Shown here: piece by piece, positions 26,201 to 37,872 of the stretch
Layout: every line of letters starts with the position of its first letter
How positions within the stretch are numbered: the stretch's first letter is position 1
The notes under the pieces: model-generated
Told to the model about the DNA's origin: nothing
Databases searched by the model: none
The model's input: the letters and a program-made list of their open reading frames with translations, nothing else
Translations under genes and position numbers: made by a program
NCBI RefSeq assembly: GCF_037042905.1
Contig: NC_087251.1
Coordinates: forward strand, 46,378,001-46,442,000
DNA length: 64,000 nucleotides
Source of the DNA: Lytechinus pictus
Lineage: Eukaryota
Reading direction: 5' to 3'

Positions 26201-29200
26201 TTACAATGCATCACATTTAAAAAATTGTTCTGAAAATGGAAATTGAAGTTGGTTAATGTGCATGCTTAACATATTGGACATATTGAACAAAGAGCTGTCT
26301 TCGTATTCTCAGTGTAGAAGGAAAACATTAATCTACCATCCAATAAAAAAAAGTTTATTTTTTATTTCTGTTTGGTTGTTAGCAGTGATTTATTTCCCCT
26401 TGACTAGCAAAATATCTTTTAAGATTTACCTGAATGATTTACTTTTGAAATAGAACTGTAAAGCTAGAGGTCAATACTCGCAACGAGGAGCGTTTAACTT
26501 ACAACACAATAGGCATCATCAGAGGCTCATTGGAACCAGGTAATAATGCATGATATTGCACATCAAGTTTTGTACATAAGCCTATGGGGAATTTGCCAGT
26601 TTTCGGCACATCATGCAATATGCTCTGATATTGCATAAGGAAATCGTGCAGACCAAAATATGTTGTTTAATTTATTGCTAGACAGCCTTATATATACAAG
26701 CAGCTGTTCCATATGTTACGTAATATTGAATGTATGAATTTCGTTTTTGTTAATGGTTAAAGATGACGAAAATATTTTTTTTCAGGAGCAGGTTGTGAAA
26801 CGATTTGTCTGTTGCTATACTGAAAGTGCAATTAAACAAAACAATGTACAATTTTTTGAGAAATAACATTTCATTTATATTCTACATTCACGACGTCACT
26901 AATGATCTTTTTTAATCTTTGATGGAATTTCCTCCAACCTAGTTCACCAATATCTTTTATTATTTTTTCTGATATTTTTGTAATAAAATTTGGTAAGGGT
27001 GAACATCCCCTTTAACTAACTCACAGAGAACTCTAGGAAACACCTGCCAAGTGGGTGTGTTAAAAAACATTTTGTAAATAACCTTCAACTTAACCAATGG
27101 CTGGTGATCCATTTCTGGGAACCAATTCAACATCAATGAAAATCTGGTGTGCATTATTTACCACAAGAGAGTGTGATTCGTAAATTCGCTGGTAAATTGT
27201 GAACATATTTAGGAAACACCTGCCGGTTTGTTTGCATTAAAATCGACTCACGGCTCGACACATGATGAGGCACAAATGATAGCAACATCAACAGTGTGAT
27301 AGAATGAAGATTTATGGTTTATTGTGTTTTGTTGTTACTATGCAGTATGCACATAAAACCCATAGTTTCACTTAATAAATTCAGCTTTGAGAGTGACAGT
27401 TGTTGTATTATGGGAAATTTATAGTTCATATTTTAATGCATAAGGAAACAATCTTAATACAAGCATAAAGATCTATCTTCCATATATTTTGAGATATAAC
27501 CATTATTGTATTGTATATCAATACACACACTTTTACGTGAGTAAGCCGTCTGCTCTACAGTTGTCATATGGAATCTGCTTTTCTTGTTCCTGCCTGTGAA
27601 AAGTGAAAAAGTTTAAATGAATATTGAAAATTCTAGAGTATAAACCTGGAATTAAAGACCAAAGTGCTAATACACACAAGGCATATATGCTTGTGATTGG
27701 TGGACTCCCTAATAGTAGGCATCCCCTGAGCGCAAATTGACTAAGGACCTGTAAACATAAAGCTAAGCGATTGATCATGGGGCTGATTCCTATAATTGAT
27801 TACACTGATTATTGTGTATGATCAATCATAGATATCAGCCTTATGATAAATCGCTAAGCTTTATGTTATCGGGTCCAGGGTTGAAGGTACGCGACCCTGT
27901 CTTATGGAGAAACTTACACCAGGGCCCTGTAGCATAAAGCTTAGCGATTGATCATGGGACTGATTCCTGTGATTGATTGCATTGATTATTGTGTATGATC
28001 AATCAAAGATATCAGCCTTATGATCAACTGCACAGCTTTATGTTATTGGGTCCAGGGTTGAAGTTACGGGACCCTGTCTTAATGGAGACACTTACACCAG
28101 GGCCCTGTAGCATAAAGCTAAGCAATTGATCATAGGGCTGCTTCCTGTGATTGATTGCATTGATTATTGTGTATGATCAATCATAGATATCAGCCTTATG
28201 ATCAACTGCAGAGCTTAATGTTATCAGGTCCAGGGTTGAATGTACGCGACCCTGTCTTAATGGAGAAACCTACATCAGGGCCCTGTAGCATAAAGCTTAG
28301 CGATTGATCATGGGCCGATTCCTGTGATTGTATGCCTTGATTATTTACTGTGTATTTATTGATCATAAAAATCAGCCCATCATTGATTGCCAAACTGATG
28401 TTACAAGGTTCATAACTGCACATGGTGCTGATATATATATAAATTTTTTTTAGTTATATAATTTCTAATTTCACTTTTGTTTGTATATTTCGTATGATCT
28501 ACATTGTAAAGCGCTATGATATGATTTCATGAAAAGCGCTATATAAGACTAAGTTATTATTATAATTATATCAGCTAAGAATCCAAATGCGGCCTTAGTC
28601 TGTCTGGCTAACCAGGAAGCCTTTGTGAATTCTTATCCAAGTATTGAAATGGTACCATTTCCTCTCTGTTTGTATTAGATCGGTACATCATAGCGGGTAA
28701 CCATCGTGATGCCTGGGTGTACGGTGCAGTTGATCCTTCGAGCGGTACCGCAGCCATGCTAGAAATGTCCAGAGCAATGGGAAAGCTTGTCAAAGATGGT
28801 AAGTGGCCTTCATACTACCTTTCTCATTAAAATCTAATTTATCTCAAATTCCCAATTTCTTGATATTTCAACACTTATATTGGGACTGTTTAGTCTGTTT
28901 GCCCCTTTCTTTGTACAAAATCTGTTGGGCAAGTGTCTATTGCATTTCTTAGTTATATGAGATATTTTTTTGAAACCTTGCATATGCTTGTTACAATTTG
29001 TTGCAAGTTTGTATCCTTTTTATAGTAAATACTCATTTTTTTATAGTCTAGAGAAAAATATTTTATAACTTAGTCTTTAAATATTAAGCAAAGCTTATCA
29101 GCTCCTTGGTATTATCAGATGTACTTTCACTCAACTGGACACAAGGACCCTACCAATTTTGTTTAAGACATTGGTAAGACCACACCTTGAGTATGGCAAA

Positions 29201-32200
29201 ATCTTGTGGAACACTTGTTGGAAAGAAGATGCAGATAAACTTGAAGAAAATACTCAGATGGTGCAGGAGATCAAAAGAACTCCCCTACACGGATATATTA
29301 AAAGTATTGGACTTATTCTTCCTGTACTATAGAAGAAGGAGAGGAGATGCCATTATGGTATTTAAAATACTGAAAGGAATGGTCAAGATGGACTCAAGTC
29401 ACTTTTTCTTGCCTAAACAAGTTCAAATCTTCGAGGTCATACGTTAAAGATATTCAAAGAGCAATCTAGACTCGACATACGCAAATGCGTTTTTAGTAGC
29501 AGGGGAGTGAATGACTGGAATAGCCTCCCCCAAGAAGTTATTGACTCAGGCTCTATTGATGTATTCAAATTAAGACTCGATATGTTTTGGTGGTCTGAGC
29601 GTTTCAATCTTCAATGATCAAAACCGTCTCTACTCTCCACGTGTGCAAGATTTTGCTCTTGTATAATTACACATCGTATGGAGATGGATGACTGTAGATT
29701 CAGATGAAGAGATTGAGGTCAACAGGATTACCTCACCTCGTAACATGATGATGATGATGATGAAGATAGAATAATCTGAAATATTCATGTTTTTTAACAT
29801 TCAGGTAAATGGCGCCCTCGTCGTTCCATTGTGTTTGCCAGCTGGGCCGCAGAGGAGTACTCTTTAATTGGATCCACAGAATGGGTTGAGGTTAGTCGAT
29901 ATTTCAGGTCATTCTTTACTAGAGAGGAATATTAACTGTCCAATTTAGTCTACTAATAAGACCATTTGCATTGTCATAATGCAAATCAGAGTTAAAACTA
30001 AAGGAAAGTAGCTGCCACAAACAATGATCTCGTGTGAAAGTCTTTGAAATCAGGGTTAATTGTCTCCATATCATGATTTAAATCCAGTTTATTGACAAAA
30101 ATGTCACTCTGCGTAATCATACATGTAAACACTTTGGGGATAGTTTCATTGGCTTCTTTTCAAAGTCATTTTCAGATTGTTACCACAACTGGCGTTTATG
30201 CCTAAACTACAATTTGAAGTGCATATTTCTCCCATTATATGCAAAGATTCTTGATGCATCAAATTCTTATGATCATGAAAATCCCTTCATTAATAACTAA
30301 GAAAATTATTTTAAATCATCCTACATTTTTAGCACCCTTCCCTGGAAAAGTTAAGTCATTGATTTCCCCTGACTAATTTGCTTTCAGCCAATCAAATGCT
30401 AGAATTTCAGTAGCTTATAACAATAATGAGTTAAAATTACTGATTATTTGTTTCATGAAATGCTCCCCAAGGTACTTATCCAGATCACACTCTTTGTTTC
30501 CCTTGCAGGAATTTGTGAAAAACCTTGGTTCCAGGACAGTGGCTTATCTCAATGTTGACATCTCTGTAGAAGGGAATTATACCTTCAGGCTTAAATCAAC
30601 ACCAAACCTCTACGAAGCTGTTTTCTCTGCAACAAAAAATGTGAGAAGGGATTCATTCATTTTGATTTCCACCAAGAAAAATAATATTTTATGTATTTTG
30701 AAAATGCATAATTGGCATCAATCCTAATCTCTATGAGGCTGTTTTTTCTGCAAGCAAAAGGATAAGGTGGGATTCATTCATTAGATTTCCACCAAGAAAA
30801 ACAATATTTCATGCATATTGAAAATGCATCATTGGCATACAAACCTCTGTTAGGCTGTTTACTCTGCAACTAAAAGGATAAGTTGGGATTCATTCATTTG
30901 ATTTCTGCCAAGAAAGATATATTTCATGTGTATTAAAAATGGATGATTGGCATTTATGTTGAATCATGTATATGAGAAAATAATTGCTTCAATTCAGTTT
31001 ACAGAGCCATTTTGTCTGCAATGTGCTACAGTCATAAGCTTTTCTTAATACTTTTCAAAAGTCATGATGTGAATTTATTATTATTATTATAATTATTTTA
31101 TTATTATCATCATCATCATTATCATTATGTATTATTATTGTTATTATTATTATTCATATTATTATTATTATGATGAAGAAGGAGGAGGAAGAAGAAGGAG
31201 GAGGAGAAGTTATTTTGCAGTCTCCATTATAAATTATCAGGTACCTGATGTTCCATTTGAGGGCCATAGCAGTACCGTGTATGACACGTGGTTGAAACGA
31301 ACTGGAAATGGAGGTGACAAACCAAGGTATATAGGTTGCTCTAACTTTTATATGTAGGTACTCATAGATTACAGTCATAATATATTTTTCTGTAATTCAT
31401 TAGATCTCAATTCTTGCTGATTGAACCAACTTTGGAGTTTTTTTATTAATTCATCAATATCTTCTACCAACACAGATGATCTTTGACAAGCGATATTAAT
31501 GTTTGTGACATGTACAATTGATATTGTCCTTATTATTCACCATGTTTCTCAGAGCAGTTTATGTGATGTGTATCAATATATTTTACAATCACAAGTATGA
31601 AATTCCTGCAAAATTGTATGGATAACATTTGTATACTTTATATTTATTTATTTATAATATAAAAACAAGGAACCGAAAACCTAATACACATGATGGGTGG
31701 TGGAGCAGGACCATGACAATACATTATTGTAACATTGATCTTTATGTTACAGATTATGAGATTATGTAATTTCATTAATTTTTTTTAATTATCCATTCCT
31801 TACCTGTTCTCCCTATCAGTGTTCGGAATGTAGGTTCAGGGAGTGACTATGCATCCTTTATGGGAGAGATTGGTGTTCCGTGTGTGGATCTTAGATATAC
31901 CTTTGATTCGGTAAGCTTAATTAACGTAATGAAGCTCAAATGTTTAATTCATTTGTACAAAAAATTGCATTATTCTGTTTTAATTGCCTTAAAGAAATAA
32001 CATAACTTTTTAAATCATTTTTAGATAAGATTTTACTTTATTAATACACCATGAGATCCTGTATTTGATGATTCACCACTTATGTCCTTAGTTTTCTACG
32101 TATTTCAAATAATTTTTTCTGCAAAATAATGCAACTATCCAAAATAAAATTGTCACAAAGATCTCACAAACAATTTGTTATACCATGATCCTGATTTCAC

Positions 32201-35200
32201 ACTCATTTCAAATACAGGGTCTTGGCCTATCAAGCTACCCTCTGTACCACTCCATGTACGAGACATTCTTCCTTGTTAGCGAGATCATGGACCACTCCTT
32301 TGAGTACCACTTGGCCGTCACCAGAGTGTGGGCGGAGCTGGCTCGTAGTCTTGCCGATAGTCTGATCTTGCCCATCAATGTCGTTGATACCGCTGAGAAG
32401 ATCACCAGCTCCATTGCCACTCTGAAAGGCTTCTATGAAGATCAGATGGCAGAGCAAGGCATTACGTGGGGTAAGTATCCTTGACGATTACCTTGTTGTG
32501 GTCTAACTATCAAAGCATTGTACAAAAGAATTTTGATGTGTGTTAAAAAAATAAACTATTCAAATGTAAAAGTTGATCATGGTAGCCTTTTTTTGGAAAG
32601 GATAGGATTTCTGTGTTGTTATCCTGCAGTTGATCAAAGTGGTATTGATGGGATAACATTTTGTGTTCTTATCCTATCTACCAATGGTATAGTAACTCAT
32701 TAAACCTTGCCAGGGTATTGTCTATATTTTCTTATCCTACACAGGGTTATATTAATTGATCATAGTTCCAAAAGGATAAAAGCGTTTATGCAGTGTTATC
32801 CTAATTGATCATAGGGGCATATGTAGGATGTGATTATGGTGGCAGCAGTGGGATATGATACCTGTATTTGCTATCCTAATTGATTATGGTTGCAGCAGAG
32901 GGATATGATTCCTGTGATGCTATCCAAATTGATTAAGGCAGTAGCAGTTGGATTAGATTTCTGTTTTGAAATCTTAATTGATTATGGTAGCAAGCAGTGG
33001 GTTATGATCCCTGTATTGCTATCCTAATTGATTATGGTGGCAGCAGTGTGATATGATTCCTGTATTGATATCCTAATTGATTATGGTAGCAGGAGTGGGA
33101 TATTATTCCTGTACTTAAATCTTAATTGTTTATGGTGGCACCAGTGGGATGTTATTCCTGTATTGCTATCCTAATTGATAATGATGGCAGCAGTGGGATG
33201 ATTCCTGTATTGCTATCCTAATTGATTATGTTGGCAGAAATGGGATATTATTCCTGTATTGAAATCTTATTTGTTTATGATGGCAGCAGTGGGATATTAT
33301 TCCTGTATTGAAATCTTGTTTGTTTATTGTGGCAGCAGTGGGATATAACTCCTGTATTGCTATGCTAATTGATTATGGTGGCAGCAGTGGGATGTGATCC
33401 CTGTATTGTTATCCTAATTGATTATGGTGGTAGCAGTGGGATATGATCCCAGGGGGGTGTTTCACAAAGATTTAAGAATGACTTAGAGTCGCACTTAAAT
33501 ACAGAGTTGCGTATGGTATGAAAGGCTTGACCGCATTGGTCAGATCGTGTCATGAGGACGCGCACTAATGCGTATATATCAATAAGATCACGCGTTGCAT
33601 ATCATATACGCATCGGCATTTAAGTGCGACTTAAGTCATACTTAATCATTGTGAAACACCCCCCTGTATTGTTATCCTAATTGTATCCCCCGAACAGAGT
33701 TTGGAGGATACTATGGATTTTGCCTCGTTGCGCCGCTGCAGAGATTTCTTGTGAGCGCTCTATCAGCTGCATTTCTTCTCCGATCCTCTTCAAATTTAGC
33801 ATGAAGGTCGAGTATGGTATAGCAAAGCCATCTATCGATTTTGGTGTGGGCGGAGACATAGTTGCCATGGTAACAAGAGTTTTTGCGGAAATAGCAGAGA
33901 TGTCCTTGTGAGCGCTCTACCAGCTGCATTTCTTCTCCGATCATCTTCAAATGTGGCATGAACTTCCATGAAGGTCCATTGGGCAAAGCCGCCTATTGAT
34001 TTTGGTGTGGGCGGAGACATCGTTGCCATGGTAACAAGAGTTTTTGTAGAAAAAGCAGAGATTTCCTTGTGAGTGCTCTACTGGCAGGATTTCTTCTCCA
34101 ATTATCTTCAAATTTGTCATGAAGGTTCATTATGCTAAAGCAAAGCTGCCTAATGATTTTGGAGTGGATGGAGACATGGTTGCCATGGTAACCATATTTT
34201 TGTGGAAAATTTGGTAAAACCTGTAACTTCTGCTTTTTTTCCAGTTTGTCATAACAGTTGGCATACAGAAGCAATATTAGAAGGTGAAGCGAAGATGTCT
34301 ATCATTTTTGGTGGGGGGGTCTTAGGGTTAGGTTTTACAAAATATGTCCAGATTACTCTATAATTGTATTCCCCAACAGGTGATACTGGACAATACTTTA
34401 GGTTCTGCAGAGTCACACTGCTACGTCATATTATTGTCATCAAATTTGGTACCCACAGGCAAAATGTGGGCAGGGTCATTGTCGCCATGATAATTGTATT
34501 TATTTGTCAAATTTCTGTGTGAGCTCTATATCGCAATGACTGATGACGCGGTGGGTTCGGGGGATACATGTGCTTGGTTGCGCGACCTGCCGAGCATCTC
34601 TAGTTGATTATGGTGGCAGCAGTGGGATATTATTCCTTTTATTGCTATCCTATTGATTATGGTGGCAATGCTTGGATGATTCTTGTACTGCTATCCTCAT
34701 TGATTATGGTGGCATAAGTTTGATATTCTGTAGTTATTTTCCATGTTTGGATATTGGATCATGCAAAATAAAAAAACCTTTTTTTTTACGCAGATACCAT
34801 TGAATCAGCATCCAGTAATCTTACTACAGCAGCCAGAGCTTTTCAGAACGATGTGGAAAATATGGAGAAAAATGAGTGAGTTTAATTTGTTCAAAGAGAT
34901 GCAATACATATCTGTATCTGTGAACATAATTTTTAACAATTGATTGATGTGATGTGTATAGAGCCACCTAAAGATTTATTTTGGTGTTTAACTATTTTTA
35001 AGCCTCTTCTACACTCAATTTTAAAGATTTCCTATATTAAATCCCACTTCTAAGTCTGTTAATTAGTAGTAATATAATTTGCCCTTTGAATTGGACTAAA
35101 ATGACCAGGACAATCAAATAATTTTATTTCTCTTTCGTTTTGTAGTCCCTTTGCTGTACGCCGTGTCAATGATCAGCTTCTACAGTTTGAGCGTGCTTTC

Positions 35201-36956
35201 ATTGATCCACTTGGTTTACCAGGGAGGAACCTTCAAAGGTAGGACAAAGCTGATGCTTCTCTAAATTGCCTTTGGTTACTGTTGAAGGCGATATGAACCA
35301 GCAGCCCTGTAAAGCACCACCTGAAATCCTCCGCTAATCTAATATGCTTTTCACATTGCATTTCCTTAACCCCATACTATCCTTAACCCCGGACTATCCT
35401 TAACCCCATACTATCTTTTTTCGGATTCACACTGTCTTTCTTAACCCCATACTATGTGCTTAGCCGGGGTTAATGCCTTAAACCAGGACTATCCCACAGT
35501 TCATGAATATTGATGATTTTCCCATACAGAGCGTGATTAACGTGCTAGTTCGACTTCTGTGATTGGCTATTGCTTAGCCCCACTTTTCCTTAGCCCAGTT
35601 TCGTTTCACACTGCATCTCTTAGCACCGCAATTGGGGTGCTAGCACCACAATAAGCCGGCTAACCCTGCTTTTTTGCAGGGCCAGATAGTACCATACTAT
35701 TTACCGTGCTAGCCCACTTTGCTAAAACGTAGTGTGAAAACGAAGTGGGCTAAGCTTAACCCCGGGAAATTGGTGGGGCTAAGGAACCCCGGGAAATTGG
35801 TGGGGCTAAGGAACCCCAGGAAATTGGTGGGGCTAAGGCCCCCCCTTAGCCCCACCAATTTCCCGGGGTTAAGGAAAAAAGTACAGTGTGAAAAGCATAA
35901 TAATAGGCCAGGTTCCTGACTCATAATGCAACATTCTTAGCAGTTTAGTTAGTGTTTATAATTTAGACCCATTTGAATTGTAATGCACTAATCCACCAAT
36001 ACACATTCATACCAATGTTGCAAAGTAGCAAAACAAGTACACTTCCAAAAAAACATTTTAGTTTCTCCAGACAAATAAAAATATGGGCTAATTTGTACAC
36101 TTTATTATTAATAGTTATCTTAAATGGTATATTTTAAGAATAATACATAATCAGAACACATAATCAGTGAGAAACCACACGCAGTGTTGGTCAGTTCAGT
36201 CTCGGTTTAAGACAAGCTATATTTCTTGATGGGTCACGTATCATAACAATGGAAAATATGTTGTTTATTACAAGGTATTTGAAACAATGGTTCATGAAGT
36301 ATTCCTCTCTATCTTTCTTTAATAGAAAAGAATTTAGAATTCATCATTACTATCTCCAGGTTTTTATACTGCAATAAAGAAATAATTTTCCAGATTTTCT
36401 AGTCATAATATCACAGAAAAACAGTGTGAGATTTATAGGAAAAACAGGACTTTGCTAGATTATGCTGGTGAGTATGCTTAAGCCGAATGTTTTGGGACCA
36501 CATAATTCCGTTCCACCAGGGCAAATTTGACTGTGAAGATGTAAACTACACGTCTGCATATTCTTGTATGAAACAAATGCTATTGTCAAACATTCAATTT
36601 ATGGAAGGTTGGTTTAGGCTGAGTCTACTGTTGGTAGTCGAAGGGCATTTGTGGTGATGTTTATATTTTGATATAGGGTGGTTGATATCATGATTCCTAA
36701 CATTCTTGTCATCATCTTCCTACTTCATTTCTACTCTCTTCCTTCCAGGCACGTTGTCTTTGCCCCTAGCAGCAAGGATGCCTACAAAGGTGATGCATTC
36801 CCAGGCATCGTAGATCTCATGTTCGACATCAACAATCCGGACGGAGATGTCAGCAAGGATTGGGAAGCCTTAAAACAGCACATGTCAGTTGTTGCCTTTG
36901 TGCTACAGTCTGCTGCCTCCACGCTCAAAGATGTACAAATTCTTCATCGAGACTAG
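10956..36956 (+). CDS. Glutamate carboxypeptidase II / N-acetylated-alpha-linked acidic dipeptidase-like M28B peptidase (FOLH1/NAALAD2 family); 17 coding exons with one duplicated; 782 aa
   Basis: Spliced CDS of 2349 nt with consistent phases. Type II TM helix, PA domain ([22 protein letters not shown]), Zn/catalytic motifs (GNHRDAW, DPSSG, WAAEE, YLNVD, YPLYHS) and TfR-like dimerisation domain ([18 protein letters not shown]). Confidence 0.95.
12288..12444 (+). CDS. GCPII-like coding exon 2
   Basis: [21 protein letters not shown]...[15 protein letters not shown]; cag| acceptor and |gtaagt donor. Confidence 0.93.
13490..13720 (-). mobile_element. SINE copy with truncated head
   Basis: Similar to 9283-9563 (tgcagcacaatgtggataaatttctt; gccatggctgggatttgaaccc). 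Confidence 0.7.
15091..15786 (+). mobile_element. Helentron/DINE-like element, second family
   Basis: Subterminal inverted repeats gtctcgcctgc / gtaggtgagac, diverged internal tandem units containing ggtcaaaggtca, end cttgtt. Confidence 0.65.
16484..16615 (+). CDS. GCPII-like coding exon 3
   Basis: [14 protein letters not shown]...[14 protein letters not shown]; aag| and |gtaagt; absent from the ORF track. Confidence 0.92.
16814..17090. mobile_element. Harbinger-like MITE
   Basis: TIR gggttgcatcttacaaagag / ctctttgtaagatggagccc. Confidence 0.6.
17668..17793 (+). CDS. GCPII-like coding exon 4
   Basis: [14 protein letters not shown]...[15 protein letters not shown]; tag| and |gtaagt. Confidence 0.95.
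19795..20115. mobile_element. Palindromic MITE remnant
   Basis: Begins ggcccgaattcacaaagg; internal inverted arms aaaaaatgtccaatgctgatg / catcagcattggacatttttt. Confidence 0.55.
20709..20901 (+). CDS. GCPII-like coding exon 5a (alternative)
   Basis: 193 nt; [21 protein letters not shown]...[24 protein letters not shown]; cag| and G|gtgagc. Confidence 0.9.
21291..21483 (+). CDS. GCPII-like coding exon 5b (alternative paralogue of 5a)
   Basis: 193 nt; [21 protein letters not shown]...[24 protein letters not shown]; tag| and G|gtatgt. Confidence 0.9.
22469..22559 (+). CDS. GCPII-like coding exon 6
   Basis: [30 protein letters not shown]; phase 1 in, phase 2 out. Confidence 0.93.
23450..23915. 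repeat. Diverged tandem duplication of about 207 bp
   Basis: aaaccttg..aagcagaaaat..cgaa.gatatagcaata..ctttttcaagataag at about 23470 and 23676, with a partial third copy at about 23883. Confidence 0.6.
24711..24800 (+). CDS. GCPII-like coding exon 7
   Basis: [29 protein letters not shown]; tag| and |gtgagt. Confidence 0.93.
25530..25840. mobile_element. CAGGG-ended MITE (P- or hAT-like)
   Basis: cagggttctcacag / ctgtgggaaccctg; repeated gtcatggaa motifs. Confidence 0.65.
26454..26539 (+). CDS. GCPII-like coding exon 8
   Basis: [28 protein letters not shown]; tag| and G|gtaata. Confidence 0.93.
27745..28410. repeat. 178-bp tandem repeat (about 3.7 copies) built from a palindromic MITE
   Basis: cataaagc at 27756, 27933, 28111 and 28289; each unit has inverted ends ggccctgtagcataaagc / gctttatgttatcgggtcc. 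Confidence 0.8.
28679..28798 (+). CDS. GCPII-like coding exon 9 (Zn ligands His and Asp)
   Basis: [40 protein letters not shown]. Confidence 0.95.
29135..29763 (+). mobile_element. 3' fragment of a CR1 LINE with degenerate ORF2 C-terminus
   Basis: [44 protein letters not shown] across frameshifts; (GAT)n tail. Confidence 0.85.
29805..29890 (+). CDS. GCPII-like coding exon 10 (catalytic EE)
   Basis: [29 protein letters not shown]. Confidence 0.95.
30509..30640 (+). CDS. GCPII-like coding exon 11
   Basis: [44 protein letters not shown]; donor |gtgaga. Confidence 0.93.
31241..31326 (+). CDS. GCPII-like coding exon 12
   Basis: [28 protein letters not shown]. Confidence 0.9.
31820..31910 (+). 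CDS. GCPII-like coding exon 13
   Basis: [30 protein letters not shown]. Confidence 0.93.
32218..32470 (+). CDS. GCPII-like coding exon 14
   Basis: [17 protein letters not shown]...[10 protein letters not shown]...QGITW; donor G|gtaagt. Confidence 0.95.
33453..33663. mobile_element. Harbinger-like palindromic MITE with CWG flanks
   Basis: cag|gggggtgtttcacaa ... ttgtgaaacaccccc|ctg. Confidence 0.75.
33682..34604 (+). mobile_element. Helentron/DINE-like element, third family, with internal repeats of about 160 bp
   Basis: Subterminal inverted repeats gtatcccccgaac / gttcgggggatac, 3' hairpin then ctagt; inserted between two T residues without a TSD. Confidence 0.8.
34794..34875 (+). CDS. GCPII-like coding exon 15
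   Basis: [27 protein letters not shown]; phases fit neighbouring exons. Confidence 0.88.
35146..35238 (+). CDS. GCPII-like coding exon 16
   Basis: [30 protein letters not shown]. Confidence 0.95.
35344..35898. mobile_element. MITE with internal 20- and 30-bp repeats
   Basis: atgcttttcaca / tgtgaaaagcat ends; repeated ccttaacccc and cccgggaaattggtggggctaagg. Confidence 0.65.
36749..36956 (+). CDS. GCPII-like last coding exon (17)
   Basis: [22 protein letters not shown]...[17 protein letters not shown]. Confidence 0.95.
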
Positions 36957-37872
36957 AGACGGTGTTACACTTAGGGGACAGTCACACTGGCAAAGCCAAG
37001 TCCTGATTGACGGAAGCTGTTAAGTCATTTCCAATGACATACCAGCGATCGGTTTGGAGTTGGTTTCGTTGGTGTGACTGCATCATTGTGCTCCTTGAGT
37101 TGCCAATTGATGCTCTTTTTATAATGTAAAGTGTTAGACCTATGGCACAGCCACAGCCACAATGAAACCGAGTCCATTCAGACGGAAGCTGTTACATCAT
37201 ATCAAATGACATACCATTTAATTTGAGTCAGTTTCGTTGGTGTGACGGTAGTATTATGCTCCATGAACTGCCAAGCTTTTTTTATCTCGTCAAGAGAATA
37301 TTTTATTTATCGGTGCATCGATGAGGCAAGAGTTGTGACATCTTGATTGGATGCCTTGTCGTAGTGATATTCTCAAGGGCACAAATATGAGGAAGTTCAT
37401 TTCCACTGACTACAAACATATAAGAAATGGATCGTATTTGCATTTTTGTGGGGGTTTTAGAATCATTACAGGAGCCCCAAGCTTCACGCTGTTGTGATGA
37501 TTTATTGAAATCCTGATATCATCCAAATTTACATGTGTGATGAACACACAGCATATGAATCTGTTATAACCAACAGATGATTAATACCAATATTCATGAA
37601 GATTAGTAGCACAAAAATGATGAGTATCGCTTTTGATTTTTTTATCTAATGAACACTGGTTATGTTTCGTAATTGTACAAAGTTAATGTGAATGACCCAT
37701 GGAAGCTACTAAAACTGAAATGTTTGCATTAAGTCATTAGGGTTCCTTTTTTTGATAAATAATGTGATTTTTGATTTTTTCTTTATTTGTAGCCATCAAT
37801 GCAATTTTTTTTTCAAGTCATCTCCTTAATTATTATTTTTAATATCGTTACTGTTAATATTGTTACATTTAA

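Larger units (their letters stand above)
32795..34720. repeat. 49-bp minisatellite interrupted by two transposon insertions
   Basis: Unit gctatcctaattgattatggtggcagcagtgggatatgattcctgtatt; the array resumes at 34605. Confidence 0.85.

Noticed and set aside
29187..29447. 86-aa ORF as a host gene or exon
   Set aside because: It is a frameshifted CR1 ORF2 tail; exons 9 and 10 join in phase without it
35709..35924. Repetitive ORFs on both strands
   Set aside because: They arise from 30-bp repeats inside a MITE
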